Shown here: positions 8,390 through 19,460 of the stretch, piece after piece | Position numbering within the stretch: position 1 is the stretch's first letter | Layout: every line of letters starts with the position of its first letter | Assembly (NCBI GenBank): GCA_964467905.1 | Contig: CAYXSY010000002.1 | Coordinates: forward strand, 13,545-77,544 | Origin: an uncultured Planctomycetales bacterium | GTDB lineage: Bacteria; Omnitrophota; Gorgyraeia; Gygaellales; Profunditerraquicolaceae | Length of the DNA stretch: 64,000 nucleotides | Direction of reading: 5' to 3' | Made by a program: the position numbers and the translations under genes | The notes under the pieces: model-generated | Told to the model about the DNA's origin: nothing | The model's database searches: none | The model's input: the letters and a program-made list of their open reading frames with translations, nothing else

Positions 8390-11353
8390 CTACCACCTCA
8401 ACGGCTTCTGCCATGCTTCTTTTAATTCACTAATGTCTGCACCAACGCAAAGTTTGCCGTCAAGCCCATACACCTTAAATTTACTGCTATTATTAACGCA
8501 ACCGATTAAACCAAATGGTATCCCGCGAAGCGTACGTTCAAATAATCTCTGATTTCTTTTCTCAACCTCAACAACGAATCTTGAATTTGACTCGGAAAAC
8601 AACATAAAATCATTTCTTAGGTTATGATTCTTGATTCTTGAATTTTGAATTTTATACGGGACTTCCGAGATAAACAAATCCGCACCAAGCCCACCGGAGA
8701 AACTCATCTCAGCCGCTGCTACGCCAAGCCCGCCATCAGAACAATCATGCATAGACCTGATTAATCCGGAATCCGTTGCCTTATTTAAGGCGTTAAAAAT
8801 ATTCTTTGCATATTTAGGATATACTTTCGGAACAGAGTTACCAGTACAGGAATAGAGATCATAATAATGCGAACCGCCCATCTCATCATAGGTACAGCCG
8901 ACCGTATATATTAAATTCCCCGGCTCTTTAAGATACATAGACACGCATTTACGCACATCTTTCATTACGGCAATTGCTGAAATTAATAATGTCCCCGGGA
9001 TAGAAATCGACTTACCTTTAACGGTAAACTCATTGTATAGGCTGTCCTTACCCGATATAAAAGGCACGCCTAATGCCTTCGCCGTATCATAACATCCGTA
9101 AGAAGCACGCACTAAAGAACCTAGCCTGTCCGGCTTATCGGGATTGCCCCAACAAAAGTTATCCAATATAGCCACTTCATCCAAAGAGCATCCTGATGCT
9201 ACAATCTGCCTTAGCGCTTCATCAATGCAGGAAGCAGCCATCCAATAAGGGTCTATCAGGCCGTAACGAAAATTTATTCCGCAGGAAAGTGCAATACCTT
9301 TCCAAGAGCCAGGAAGCGGGCGGCTGATGCTGGCATCAGACGGGCCATCGTTACAGGCTCCGGCAAGCGGCTTTAAAACCGAAGCTCCTTGAACCTCATG
9401 GTCATACTGGCGAATAATCCATTCTTTAGAACAGATATCATAATGAGAAAGCAGCCGCATAAGATCTTTTGTATTATCTTTAAGACATTTTATATCCGGC
9501 TCTTTGTGGCGGCTCATTACAAAAACTGCCTTTTTCTCAATCTGCGGAATGCCCTGATGCAAGAATTTCATATCTAAATCACAAATTAAGCTTGAATCAT
9601 AATAAAGCTTAAGCCTTTTTGTTGCGGTAAACTCTCCTATTGCCGTAGCCTCAACCCCTTCAGAATCAAAGATATCTTTTAACTCCGCAAATTTATCTTT
9701 AGGCACAGAAAGCACCATTCTCTCCTGTGATTCCGAAATCCAAATTTCCATATAAGAAAGCCCCGAATATTTAAGCGGAACTCTCTCCAGGTGGACTTCA
9801 ACCCCCAAATCTTCTCCCATCTCACCTACGGCGCTTGAAAGCCCGCCCGCGCCGCAATCAGTTATAGCGCTATATAGATTCTTATCCCTAGCCTGCAGTA
9901 TAGCATCGGTCATCTTCTTCTCTTGGATAGGATTGCCTATCTGCACGGCCCCCGATGAGATAGTTTCTGATTCATGGGTCAGCTCTCCTGAAGAAAAAGT
10001 TGCCCCATGTATACCGTCTCTGCCGGTTAACCCTCCTACCACAACCACATAATCACCTGTCCTAGGATGCTTAAAAGATTTATCTTTGGGCATGATACCA
10101 ACGGTACCGCAATAGACTAAAGGATTACCCACAAATCTTTCGTGAAATAAAACAGCTCCGTTGACAGTAGGAATACCCATTTTATTTCCGTAATCGCGCA
10201 CACCTGAAACCACACCCTTCATCACACGTTTAGGATGTAAGGTGCCCGCGGGAAGCCTACTAAAGGGATACTCCGGAGAAGCAAAACAAAATACATCGGT
10301 GTTAAGAATCGGCTTGGCCCCGAGCCCGGTTCCAAGCGGATCTCTTATAACTCCCCCGACACCGGTATTGGCCCCGCCGAACGGCTCAAGCGCAGAAGGA
10401 TGATTGTGGGTTTCTACCTTAAAACAAATGTTATGTTTGTCATCAAAGCGTATTACTCCGGAATTATCTTTAAAAACGGACACACACCACGGCTTATTCA
10501 GCTCTTTGGTAACTTTCATTATGGTGGATTTTAATAAATTATCTATCCTTTTAGTTTTGGTTTTTGGATTTTGGGTTTTGGATTTGTTTCGGATTTCGGA
10601 TTTCGGATTTCGGATTTGTTCGCGATATCTTATCTTGCCCCTAAATGTCTTATGATAACAATGCTCGCTCCACGTCTGGGCGATAGTTTCTAATTCGCAA
10701 TCCGTGGGATTACGCTTAAGTGCTTTAAAATACCGCTTTATCTGACGCATTTCTTCCAGATTAAGGAAAAGCTGTCCCTGCTTACTAATCTTTTTTAATT
10801 TATCATCCGAACTGCCGAGCAAATCCACTGTAACCAGGTTAAATTTATAACCTGGATCCTGCACAGGATGAATTAAGCGGGCTGAATCTTGCGGCCTGAC
10901 GATATGCTGGATTAACTTATTATAAAGCAGCTTCTCTGAAATAGTTTTTAATTGATGCTCATTCAATCTGCCATGGATAACGTATTTTTTCGCGGTCTTG
11001 ACCGAAGATACGCCTTCTATGCCTAAATCACTTATTGCCTTTAAAGTCGAGGCTTCAACTGGATCCATCACTCCCGGGTTATAGGCAATTTCAATAATAT
11101 GTTCAGTAGACTTCTTTGCTAAACTAGAGAACTGTTTATTTATAGAATAATCCTGTGATATTTTATCGGTGAGTATTTCGCTGCAGATCTTATCGGCTTG
11201 CTCTTGAGAAATGCTGCCCTCTATAACATAGACCTGTATAAATTCAACGCCGCGGACAGAACCTATCCCCAGGTCAAATATATCTTTCTTGACTCCGGAC
11301 CCTACGGCGTCAAAAATACCTTTTTTATCTTTAACTTCTATGCGATAAAGCAT
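8390..11353 (-). CDS. purL: phosphoribosylformylglycinamidine synthase subunit PurL with an N-terminal PurS-like domain (PurS-PurL fusion)
   Basis: The N-terminus MLYRIEVKDKKGIFDAVGSGVKKDIFDLGI resembles PurS. The rest is PurL (SEHCYHKTF, VETHNHPSALEPFGGA, DCGAGGLSSAVGEM). It contains two low-complexity inserts encoded by heptamer repeats. Confidence 0.9.
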   Translation of the reverse strand: MLYRIEVKDKKGIFDAVGSGVKKDIFDLGIGSVRGVEFIQVYVIEGSISQEQADKICSEILTDKISQDYSINKQFSSLAKKSTEHIIEIAYNPGVMDPVEASTLKAISDLGIEGVSSVKTAKKYVIHGRLNEHQLKTISEKLLYNKLIQHIVRPQDSARLIHPVQDPGYKFNLVTVDLLGSSDDKLKKISKQGQLFLNLEEMRQIKRYFKALKRNPTDCELETIAQTWSEHCYHKTFRGKIRYREQIRNPKSEIRNKSKTQNPKTKTKRIDNLLKSTIMKVTKELNKPWCVSVFKDNSGVIRFDDKHNICFKVETHNHPSALEPFGGANTGVGGVIRDPLGTGLGAKPILNTDVFCFASPEYPFSRLPAGTLHPKRVMKGVVSGVRDYGNKMGIPTVNGAVLFHERFVGNPLVYCGTVGIMPKDKSFKHPRTGDYVVVVGGLTGRDGIHGATFSSGELTHESETISSGAVQIGNPIQEKKMTDAILQARDKNLYSAITDCGAGGLSSAVGEMGEDLGVEVHLERVPLKYSGLSYMEIWISESQERMVLSVPKDKFAELKDIFDSEGVEATAIGEFTATKRLKLYYDSSLICDLDMKFLHQGIPQIEKKAVFVMSRHKEPDIKCLKDNTKDLMRLLSHYDICSKEWIIRQYDHEVQGASVLKPLAGACNDGPSDASISRPLPGSWKGIALSCGINFRYGLIDPYWMAASCIDEALRQIVASGCSLDEVAILDNFCWGNPDKPDRLGSLVRASYGCYDTAKALGVPFISGKDSLYNEFTVKGKSISIPGTLLISAIAVMKDVRKCVSMYLKEPGNLIYTVGCTYDEMGGSHYYDLYSCTGNSVPKVYPKYAKNIFNALNKATDSGLIRSMHDCSDGGLGVAAAEMSFSGGLGADLFISEVPYKIQNSRIKNHNLRNDFMLFSESNSRFVVEVEKRNQRLFERTLRGIPFGLIGCVNNSSKFKVYGLDGKLCVGADISELKEAWQKPLRW
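8625..8652. repeat. heptamer tandem repeat TGATTCT x2 + TGAATTT x2 inside purL
   Basis: Read directly from the sequence. It encodes part of ...KIQNSRIKNHNLRN... on the minus strand. Confidence 0.85.
10553..10620. repeat. heptamer microsatellite inside purL: CGGATTT x4 (10590-10617) preceded by degenerate TTTTGGN units
   Basis: Read directly from the sequence. The minus strand reads AAATCCG x4 and translates as QIRNPKSEIRNKSKTQNPKTKTK. Confidence 0.9.
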
Positions 11354-11384
11354 TTTATATTATTGAGAATTAGGGAAGGAAATA

Positions 11385-12677
11385 CTAAAGCCCGAGCCGC
11401 TTAAAGATTTTTCCTATGTTACGTAAATAATAATCAAGATCAAAAATGCTGTCTAGCTCTTTCTTGGTAAAATACCTATTCGCTTCTTTATCGGCAAGCA
11501 AGTTATCCTTAAAGTCTGTCCCGTCTTTCCATGTCTTCATTGCACATCGCTGCACAACATCATAAGCCTGCGGACGCCTCAATCCTTTATACATAAGAGA
11601 CAATAAAACCCTTTGAGAGAATATCAATCCGTGCGTGCGTGCAAGATTAGCCAGCATATTATCCGGATAAACTTTCAAGCCTTCTATAACTTCAATCATT
11701 TTGTTAAGCATGTAATCCAGTGCTAGAGTCGAATCGGGTATAATTACGCGCTCAACCGAAGAATGCGATATATCTCTCTCGTGCCAAAGTGCCACATTTT
11801 CCATAGCAGCAACTGCGTTTGAACGCAAAAGCCGGCTCAAGCCGCATATACGTTCGCATATCACAGGATTTCTTTTGTGCGGCATGGCCGATGAACCTTT
11901 CTGTCCCTTACCAAAAGGCTCCTCTGCCTCCAAAACTTCGGTTCTCTGTAAATGTCTTATCTCAGTAGCAAATTTTTCTAATGACGAACCGACAATGGCA
12001 ATCCGGCACATCAAAACAGCATAAATATCTCTCTGTATTATCTGGGTAGAGATTTTTGCAGGCTGCAATTTAAGTTTTCTGCACACATACTCCTCAACCC
12101 AGGGATCAATATTAGAATACGTACCCACTGCCCCTGATATTTTACCGGTTGAGATTTCTTTTTTAGCTAACTGAAGCCGGTTAAGGTTGCGCCTGGTCTC
12201 GTCATACCAAAGAGCAAGTTTTAACCCGAAAGTAGTCGGCTCTGCATGTACGCCATGGGTACGGCCTATACAAACCATATCCTTATATTTTGTCGCCTTC
12301 TTGGCTAAAGCCTTAAGAAGTTTTTCTGCGTCATCGATAAGGATGTCACATGCTTCAACAAGCTGGACACCTAAAGTAGTATCCAAGACATCTGATGAAG
12401 TAAGGCCCATATGCAAATATTTAGCATCCTGACCTATATAGCCGGAAACATTCTGCACAAATGCTACCACATCATGCTGGGTTTTTTCTTCTATTTTCTT
12501 AATCTCTGATAAATTAAACTTTGCTTTTTTCTTTATGCGCTGAACCGCTGAAGAAGGGATAACGCCTTTTTTGGCAAGAGCTTCTAAACTAAGTATCTCT
12601 ATGGACAGCATGGTTTTAAATTTAAAATCTTCCTGCCATATATAATTCATCTTGGGTAGGCTGTATCTTTCAATCAT
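11385..12677 (-). CDS. purB: adenylosuccinate lyase
   Basis: Fumarate-lyase family signature GSSAMPHKRNP and PurB-type length and termini. Confidence 0.95.
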   Translation of the reverse strand: MIERYSLPKMNYIWQEDFKFKTMLSIEILSLEALAKKGVIPSSAVQRIKKKAKFNLSEIKKIEEKTQHDVVAFVQNVSGYIGQDAKYLHMGLTSSDVLDTTLGVQLVEACDILIDDAEKLLKALAKKATKYKDMVCIGRTHGVHAEPTTFGLKLALWYDETRRNLNRLQLAKKEISTGKISGAVGTYSNIDPWVEEYVCRKLKLQPAKISTQIIQRDIYAVLMCRIAIVGSSLEKFATEIRHLQRTEVLEAEEPFGKGQKGSSAMPHKRNPVICERICGLSRLLRSNAVAAMENVALWHERDISHSSVERVIIPDSTLALDYMLNKMIEVIEGLKVYPDNMLANLARTHGLIFSQRVLLSLMYKGLRRPQAYDVVQRCAMKTWKDGTDFKDNLLADKEANRYFTKKELDSIFDLDYYLRNIGKIFKRLGL

Positions 12678-12773
12678 AGTATCCTCCGAAGTAAATAATT
12701 ATAGCATAACTGCTTTTAATAAGAAAGAAAAAACTCTTTATCATAAAAGGTTACACGCTGGACTTTTTAGCAC

Positions 12774-12805
12774 AAAAAAACTCGGCTCTTTTATAAAAAG
12801 CCGAG
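12774..12805 (-). terminator. rho-independent terminator downstream of tRNA-fMet
   Basis: The minus strand reads CTCGGCTttttataaaagAGCCGAG followed by TTTTTTT. Confidence 0.7.
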
Positions 12806-12858
12806 TAAGGCTCAACCTCGGCCTCGTGGTGAGCGAGGCCAAAGGCCGAGTCGAACCA

Positions 12859-13198
12859 TTGCGGGGGCCCGATTTGAACGGACGGCCTTCAGGTTATGCT
12901 TACTACTGCAGCTTTCGCTGCCCCAGAGTTATTTTGAATAGGACTTAAAAAGTTAACCCTGGGTTTGTAGTCTGGACTATACCTTGATCCTTACAGGACC
13001 CCTGCCATCTAGTCTCTACACCTTCTCCAACAGAACATCGAAGATTGGCTCGGTATTACTTCCGGTTTTATCCGAGAGCTTCACCGAATTTGACAGGTTA
13101 TCCTCCAGCCGTTGCCGGCTAGGGAGCCCATTATCCCGCCCTTGCACGCAAGGACGGGACATTGAGCCTGACGAGCTACCAGACTGCTCCACCCCGCG
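12859..13198 (-). tRNA. initiator tRNA-Met (anticodon CAU) interrupted in the anticodon loop by a group I intron; no encoded CCA
   Basis: The 5' exon is cgcggggtggagcagtctggtagctcgtcaggct (13198-13165). The 3' exon is cataacctgaaggccgtccgttcaaatcgggcccccgcaa (12898-12859). Joined, they give a 74-nt cloverleaf almost identical to E. coli tRNA-fMet as I recall it. It has the C1xA72 mismatch and A11:U24 pair typical of bacterial initiators. Confidence 0.9.
12899..13164 (-). ncRNA. group I (IC3-like) intron within tRNA-fMet
   Basis: 266 nt. The splice sites were chosen so that the 5' exon ends in U and the intron ends in G. It contains GTCAAATTCGG (13094-13084) and GAAGGTGTAGAGACTAGA (13025-13008), which match the tRNA-intron core strings I recall from the Azoarcus/cyanobacterial introns. 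A 10-bp P2-like hairpin cccgtccttg/caagggcggg lies near the 5' end. Confidence 0.85.
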
Positions 13199-13326
13199 AT
13201 ATTAACTATCATAGTGGAATTCCAAACCTACCGAGGAACTCCATCTTGCGAAATTAAACAAAAAACTTATTTCCAGATATAGCAAATATTATATCAGAAT
13301 ATAGAAATACTACAAACAATATTTTA

Positions 13327-13605
13327 TTACCTTTTCTTCTCTTCAGGAACTATCTTTACCGGGACCTCTCCTTTACGCACGACACCAAGCCTTTCCCTGG
13401 CAATCTTCTCCTGATAAAGCGGATCCGTCTCCACCCGTTTAATCTCCTGATCTAAAAGAGCATTCTCTATATGAAGCTGCTTAATCTTGGTTTCCAGCTC
13501 CCGGTTCTTATCTTTTAACTCCTGCAGCTTAGTATAGCCGGGCAAAAAAATAACCAATAGAAACAAAGCAACGCCAAAAATCCAGAACGTTTTTTTTATA
13601 ACCAT
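13327..13605 (-). CDS. ftsB: cell division protein FtsB/DivIC (septum formation initiator)
   Basis: Single N-terminal TM segment, a leucine-zipper coiled coil, and a DPLYQEKIARERLGVVRKGE tail. It lies directly downstream of eno. Confidence 0.75.
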   Translation of the reverse strand: MVIKKTFWIFGVALFLLVIFLPGYTKLQELKDKNRELETKIKQLHIENALLDQEIKRVETDPLYQEKIARERLGVVRKGEVPVKIVPEEKKR

Positions 13606-14892
<1,287 letters not shown>

Positions 14893-14999
14893 TTAAAATT
14901 TTATCACAACTCCGAACATAGTCAAGTAATAAAACCGTTTTGCCAAATATAATTGACTTTTTGTTAGGATGTGCTATCCTCTTTTCTATAGGAGGAACT

Positions 15000-17900
15000 A
15001 TGAATACAAGTAAATTCAGGATATTCTTTAAGCTTTATTGGCTAAGAATCCTCATCATAACGATACTCTCCATCCTCGGAATCTCTCTTATCTTTGCATT
15101 AATCGCCAGCATAAAATCATGGGTAAACATGGAGTCTTTCTACAAGGAACAGATGAAAGCCAGCATAGGCTTCCAGCTCTATCTTACCCTTATCACAGCT
15201 TTGTTATGGGGCGCTATATATACCCATATGTGGTACTGGATGATGTTCAAAGGCGGTGGCTTTAGAGAATTTTCCAAACTACAGACCAAAGCCGTCAAAG
15301 GCGAAGACATAGGTATCAAATGGCAAGATGTTATAGGTATGGAGGAAGCAAAACGCGAAGCATGGGAAGCAGTTGAACTCATAAGGGAAAGATCGCGCGT
15401 CAAAACCATGGGCGGACAGATTATCAAGGGTATTTTATTAATCGGCCCTCCTGGCGTAGGCAAGACTTACCTTGCCAAAGCAATCGCAACCGAATGCGAT
15501 ATGCCCTTTCTTTCGGTTGTGGGAAGTGAACTCGAAGGCATCATCGTAGGTTTAGGCGCACAGAAAATACGTAAATTATTCAAATCAGCGCGCGATATGG
15601 CTGCTTTAAAAGGCGGATGCGTGATTTTCATCGATGAGGTTGACTCCGTGGCCCGCCCGCGTTCGCGCACTTTCGGATTCGGAGGCGGAGAAAGCTACAA
15701 CATGGCAGTAAACCAGCTCCTGGCGGAAATGGATGGCTTAAGGCAGAAAGATTTAAACATTGTCATCATTGCCGCAACTAACGTGACCGAAGAAGACCTT
15801 GACTCTGCACTGATGCGCGCAGGAAGATTTGACAGAAAAATATACATAGGCCTGCCGAGCTTAAAAGACAGAGAAAGCTTATTTAAATATTACCTTAATA
15901 AAGTTGCTTACAGCCGCTCGGAAGTAAAAATAGACCGCCTGGCCCGTCTAAGCGTAGGTAACTCCCCTGCCGATATAGCGAATATGGTTAAAGAAGGCTC
16001 TCTTATCGCTGCCAGGAAAAAGGCGCCTTTAATAACTATGTCGGAGCTCGAAGAGGCGCGCGAAAAAATATCATTAGGTATAAAACTAAACATAAAAATG
16101 AGCGATAAGGATAAGAATATCGCTGCCTATCATGAAGCAGGGCACGTTATTGTTACCTACCTATTAGTACCGACTAAAGACGTATTTAAGGCAAGTATCG
16201 TACCGAGAAGGACATCCGGAGGGTCAACCTGGATGGTCAAGAAAGAAGAATCTTATATACCTGATAAAGAAGATTTATTAAGCGAAATAAAGATTTTGCT
16301 CAGCGGTTATGCTGCTGAGAAAATTAAGTTCGGCATCACATCAAGCGGGGTGCATGACGACCTCAGGCGCGCCAATGAATTAGCCGATAAAATGGTTTCC
16401 ATATGGGGTATGGGTACATCCGGTGCAACTGCTGTCTCTGACATCAACAAATGGTCTCCCACCCAAAGCCAGATAGCCGAAAAAGATAAAGATGAAATAA
16501 TAACCAAGTGCTTCAATGAGGTGCATGAATTATTAAGAAAAGAACTGCCAATATTAGAAAAAATGGCTCAAGACCTTCTCCAAAAAGAAGACCTCGATTA
16601 TGACGCTATAGAAAATATATTCTCCGAATTCGGCAAAACTAGGCTGATGGAGAAAAAAGAATCCAAAGAAGAAAAAGCTATCGGCTGGGATGATGTTATA
16701 GGCATGGAAGAAGCTAAAGAAGAAGCAACCGAAATCGTCAAGCTAATTAAAGACCGCGCGCAACTTAATCGGATAGGTGGAAGAATTATCCGAGGGCTGC
16801 TTATGTTCGGACCTCCCGGCTGCGGAAAAACCTACCTTGCATCAGCTATGGCTAATGAAGCATCCTTACCCTTTCTAGTTAAAACCGGATCTGAATTTGT
16901 GGAGATGTACGTCGGAGTAGGCGCCAGCCGTATACGCCACCTCTTTCAGGAAGCGCGGGAGTTGGCACTTTCAAAAGGCGGATGCATAATATTTATTGAC
17001 GAAATAGATGCTCTTGGCGGTAAACGCGGCGAAACCAATTCAGGAGGTGCGCAAGAATACAACCAGACATTAAATCAGCTTCTGGCGGAAATGGACGGAT
17101 TAAAAGAAAAAGACGACCAGTATAACATAGTCGTTATCGGTGCCACAAATATGAAAGAGGAATTTATGGACCCGGCACTTTTAAGAGCAGGGAGATTCGA
17201 CAGGAAAATCTATGTTGACCTCCCCGGGCTAGAAGAAAGAACTAAACTCTTTGATTACTACTTAAAAAAAGTAAAATACAACCCTGATGAAATTAACAGC
17301 CACAAGTTAGCCGGAGTTACCTCCGGTTGGAGCCCGGCTGATATCGCTAATCTTACCCGCGAAGGAGCGCTGATTACTATACGCAATAAAAAAGAAGTTA
17401 TGGGAATAAAAGAAATTGAAGAAGCCAGAGAACGAATTGAGCTCGGCCTAAAAAGAAGGATAAAACTAAGCCCCGAAGAAAATAAAGCTACGGCTTACCA
17501 CGAAGCAGGGCATGCTATCGCCGGACATTTCTTTGCCCCCTGGATAGAGCAATATAAACTATCGATTATCCCGCGCAAACGCACGCTTGGCGTCTCCTGG
17601 GCGAATTTAAAAGGCGAAACCGAATCGCTGAATAAAAATCAAATACTCGGCCTGATAAAAAGGTCTCTCGGCGGATATGTCGCCGAGAAATTAAAATGCC
17701 CATCCACGACAAACGGAGTGACAATTGATTTCGAACATGCGCTCAAGAATGCTTATAGCATGGTCTGGGCTTACGGGATGGGTGCTTCAGGATATATAGG
17801 TAATTTCTATTCGCTTATGGAAAAAACGCAGCAGTCCATAATTTCCGAGGAGATGAAAGCAAAATTAGATAAAGATGTCCAGGAAATAATGCACCAATGC

Positions 17901-18029
17901 TTGAAGGAAACCGAAGAGCTCTTTAAAAAACATGACGCATTGTTAGAAACCCTCGCCAAGAAGCTACTTGAGAAAGAAGAACTAAACTATGACGAGATCG
18001 CAACAATATTTAAAGAATGTTCAAAGTAA
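15000..18029 (+). CDS. tandem-duplicated FtsH-like protease: TM anchor followed by two complete AAA+ / M41 zinc-protease units in one polypeptide
   Basis: Unit 1 has [24 protein letters not shown] and HEAGH. Unit 2 has [24 protein letters not shown] and HEAGH. ATG at 15000 is preceded by AGGAGG, so I prefer it to the track's TTG at 14940. Confidence 0.85.
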   Translation: MNTSKFRIFFKLYWLRILIITILSILGISLIFALIASIKSWVNMESFYKEQMKASIGFQLYLTLITALLWGAIYTHMWYWMMFKGGGFREFSKLQTKAVKGEDIGIKWQDVIGMEEAKREAWEAVELIRERSRVKTMGGQIIKGILLIGPPGVGKTYLAKAIATECDMPFLSVVGSELEGIIVGLGAQKIRKLFKSARDMAALKGGCVIFIDEVDSVARPRSRTFGFGGGESYNMAVNQLLAEMDGLRQKDLNIVIIAATNVTEEDLDSALMRAGRFDRKIYIGLPSLKDRESLFKYYLNKVAYSRSEVKIDRLARLSVGNSPADIANMVKEGSLIAARKKAPLITMSELEEAREKISLGIKLNIKMSDKDKNIAAYHEAGHVIVTYLLVPTKDVFKASIVPRRTSGGSTWMVKKEESYIPDKEDLLSEIKILLSGYAAEKIKFGITSSGVHDDLRRANELADKMVSIWGMGTSGATAVSDINKWSPTQSQIAEKDKDEIITKCFNEVHELLRKELPILEKMAQDLLQKEDLDYDAIENIFSEFGKTRLMEKKESKEEKAIGWDDVIGMEEAKEEATEIVKLIKDRAQLNRIGGRIIRGLLMFGPPGCGKTYLASAMANEASLPFLVKTGSEFVEMYVGVGASRIRHLFQEARELALSKGGCIIFIDEIDALGGKRGETNSGGAQEYNQTLNQLLAEMDGLKEKDDQYNIVVIGATNMKEEFMDPALLRAGRFDRKIYVDLPGLEERTKLFDYYLKKVKYNPDEINSHKLAGVTSGWSPADIANLTREGALITIRNKKEVMGIKEIEEARERIELGLKRRIKLSPEENKATAYHEAGHAIAGHFFAPWIEQYKLSIIPRKRTLGVSWANLKGETESLNKNQILGLIKRSLGGYVAEKLKCPSTTNGVTIDFEHALKNAYSMVWAYGMGASGYIGNFYSLMEKTQQSIISEEMKAKLDKDVQEIMHQCLKETEELFKKHDALLETLAKKLLEKEELNYDEIATIFKECSK

Positions 18030-18850
18030 AGATCTCCTTTATTATATTATTCTTACTTAGCCTAATATCCGCGGGATGCCAACCTAAACCTCAATCGGTT
18101 AAACATACCTACTCTAAAGAAACAGTAGCCAATGATATCATCGAATTATGCAGGCGCGAATATAAAAGGGAGCCTAAAGTCTGGCTCATCAATGATACGG
18201 TCTGGGTATATATCCCGTTTGAAAGCCTTATAGATAAGAATATGGAGCCGACCAAGGAGGTCAGCGATACTTTAAATGATATAGTCCTGGCTTCCAGCAG
18301 GGTTGTGCTAAGCATGAATCCGCGCCCGAAATTCCTGGTAATCGCTGCTTCTGATATCAAAGAATACGGCATAGACTACCTGACCATAAGTTATATACCC
18401 GACCTTATAAAATACCGGCTCGATGCTATCTCAAGGGACGAATTCTTACGCAGGCACATAACCAGAATCAAAGAAAGCTTTGATGCCATGTCGGATGCTG
18501 AAGGCAAGCACCTTGAAAAGACAGATATAAAGTTGGAGGATTTTATGTCTGAACAGATGGCATCACGCATAAACTTAAAATTTGCAGAAGATCCGCTACT
18601 GAAGGACCATTTTAAAGTAAATAAGGTATCCGTGAGGTTTAAAGATGAGGCGTTTGAAATTACTGTAGACATACAACAACTTACTCAACCGAAAGCCCCT
18701 GTAGATATCCAAGAGGAAATCGCTAAAGTTGTCTCAAGCGTAGTGCGGGCTTACAATTTCAGTAATTTTGCGCTTGCCCAGATTGAAAATGTTGCCACCG
18801 GAGAAAAAACTGTACTTAGCAGCCGCAGGCTAAGAGAATCCGCTAATTAA
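18017..18850 (+). CDS. lipoprotein of unknown function
   Basis: Signal peptide with lipobox LISAGC. It overlaps the end of the FtsH-like gene, so the two are probably co-transcribed. Confidence 0.6.
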   Translation: MFKVKISFIILFLLSLISAGCQPKPQSVKHTYSKETVANDIIELCRREYKREPKVWLINDTVWVYIPFESLIDKNMEPTKEVSDTLNDIVLASSRVVLSMNPRPKFLVIAASDIKEYGIDYLTISYIPDLIKYRLDAISRDEFLRRHITRIKESFDAMSDAEGKHLEKTDIKLEDFMSEQMASRINLKFAEDPLLKDHFKVNKVSVRFKDEAFEITVDIQQLTQPKAPVDIQEEIAKVVSSVVRAYNFSNFALAQIENVATGEKTVLSSRRLRESAN

Positions 18851-19460
18851 TCTTAACCTTCCTCCCCTTTATCTTGATTCTGCCATTAATAAACAGATTG
18901 ATTGCCTGCGGATAAAGCCTGTGTTCTATCTTATGGATTCTTCTCTCCAGAGAAGCTAGAGTATCGTTATTTCTGACCTGGATACCTTCCTGCAAAATAA
19001 TCGGACCATGATCCATTTTCTCATCTACAAAATGCACGGTTACCCCTGTAACCTTGATGCCATAATCAAAAGCATCCTTTATGGCATGTGCGCCTTTAAA
19101 TGAAGGTAATAATGCAGGGTGAATATTGATAATTTTATTTCTATATGCGTTAATTAATTTATGCCCGAGCATGCGCATGAAACCAGCCATAACGACCAAA
19201 CCAATCTTATTCGCCTTTAAACAAGCTATAATAGCATCCTCAAAACTGTCCCTATCAGAAAAATCATCTCTCCTAAGCAAAACGTAATTTATCTTTAACT
19301 TTTTAGCTTTTTTCAATACGCCTGCGAGCGGCTGGTCGCAAACTAAAATCTTAAGACAAGCCTTAATCCTGCCCGCTTTTACCTGCTTTGCTATAGCTTC
19401 AAAATTAGAGCCCCTTCCAGAGGCAAAAACAGCAATATTAATCATTTTGTGTTGTCCCAT
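18843..19460 (-). CDS. purN: phosphoribosylglycinamide formyltransferase
   Basis: IAVFASGRGSNFEAI and NIHPALLPSFKG are PurN motifs. Confidence 0.9.
   Translation of the reverse strand: MGQHKMINIAVFASGRGSNFEAIAKQVKAGRIKACLKILVCDQPLAGVLKKAKKLKINYVLLRRDDFSDRDSFEDAIIACLKANKIGLVVMAGFMRMLGHKLINAYRNKIINIHPALLPSFKGAHAIKDAFDYGIKVTGVTVHFVDEKMDHGPIILQEGIQVRNNDTLASLERRIHKIEHRLYPQAINLFINGRIKIKGRKVKIN

Noticed and set aside
10553-10620. Possible CRISPR array or other spaced repeats, suggested by the many short repeats in the window.
   Set aside because: The units are 7 nt and contiguous with no spacers, and no cas genes are present. This is a microsatellite inside purL.
12806-12858. GGTTCGACTCGGCC string and hairpins just 3' of tRNA-fMet, considered as a second tRNA or a tmRNA 3' end.
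   Set aside because: No acceptor stem or complete cloverleaf can be built. It is most simply a structured 3' trailer before the terminator.
12652-13205. Plus-strand ORFs of 98 and 73 aa.
   Set aside because: They run antisense across the tRNA-fMet exons and the group I intron, so they are not coding.
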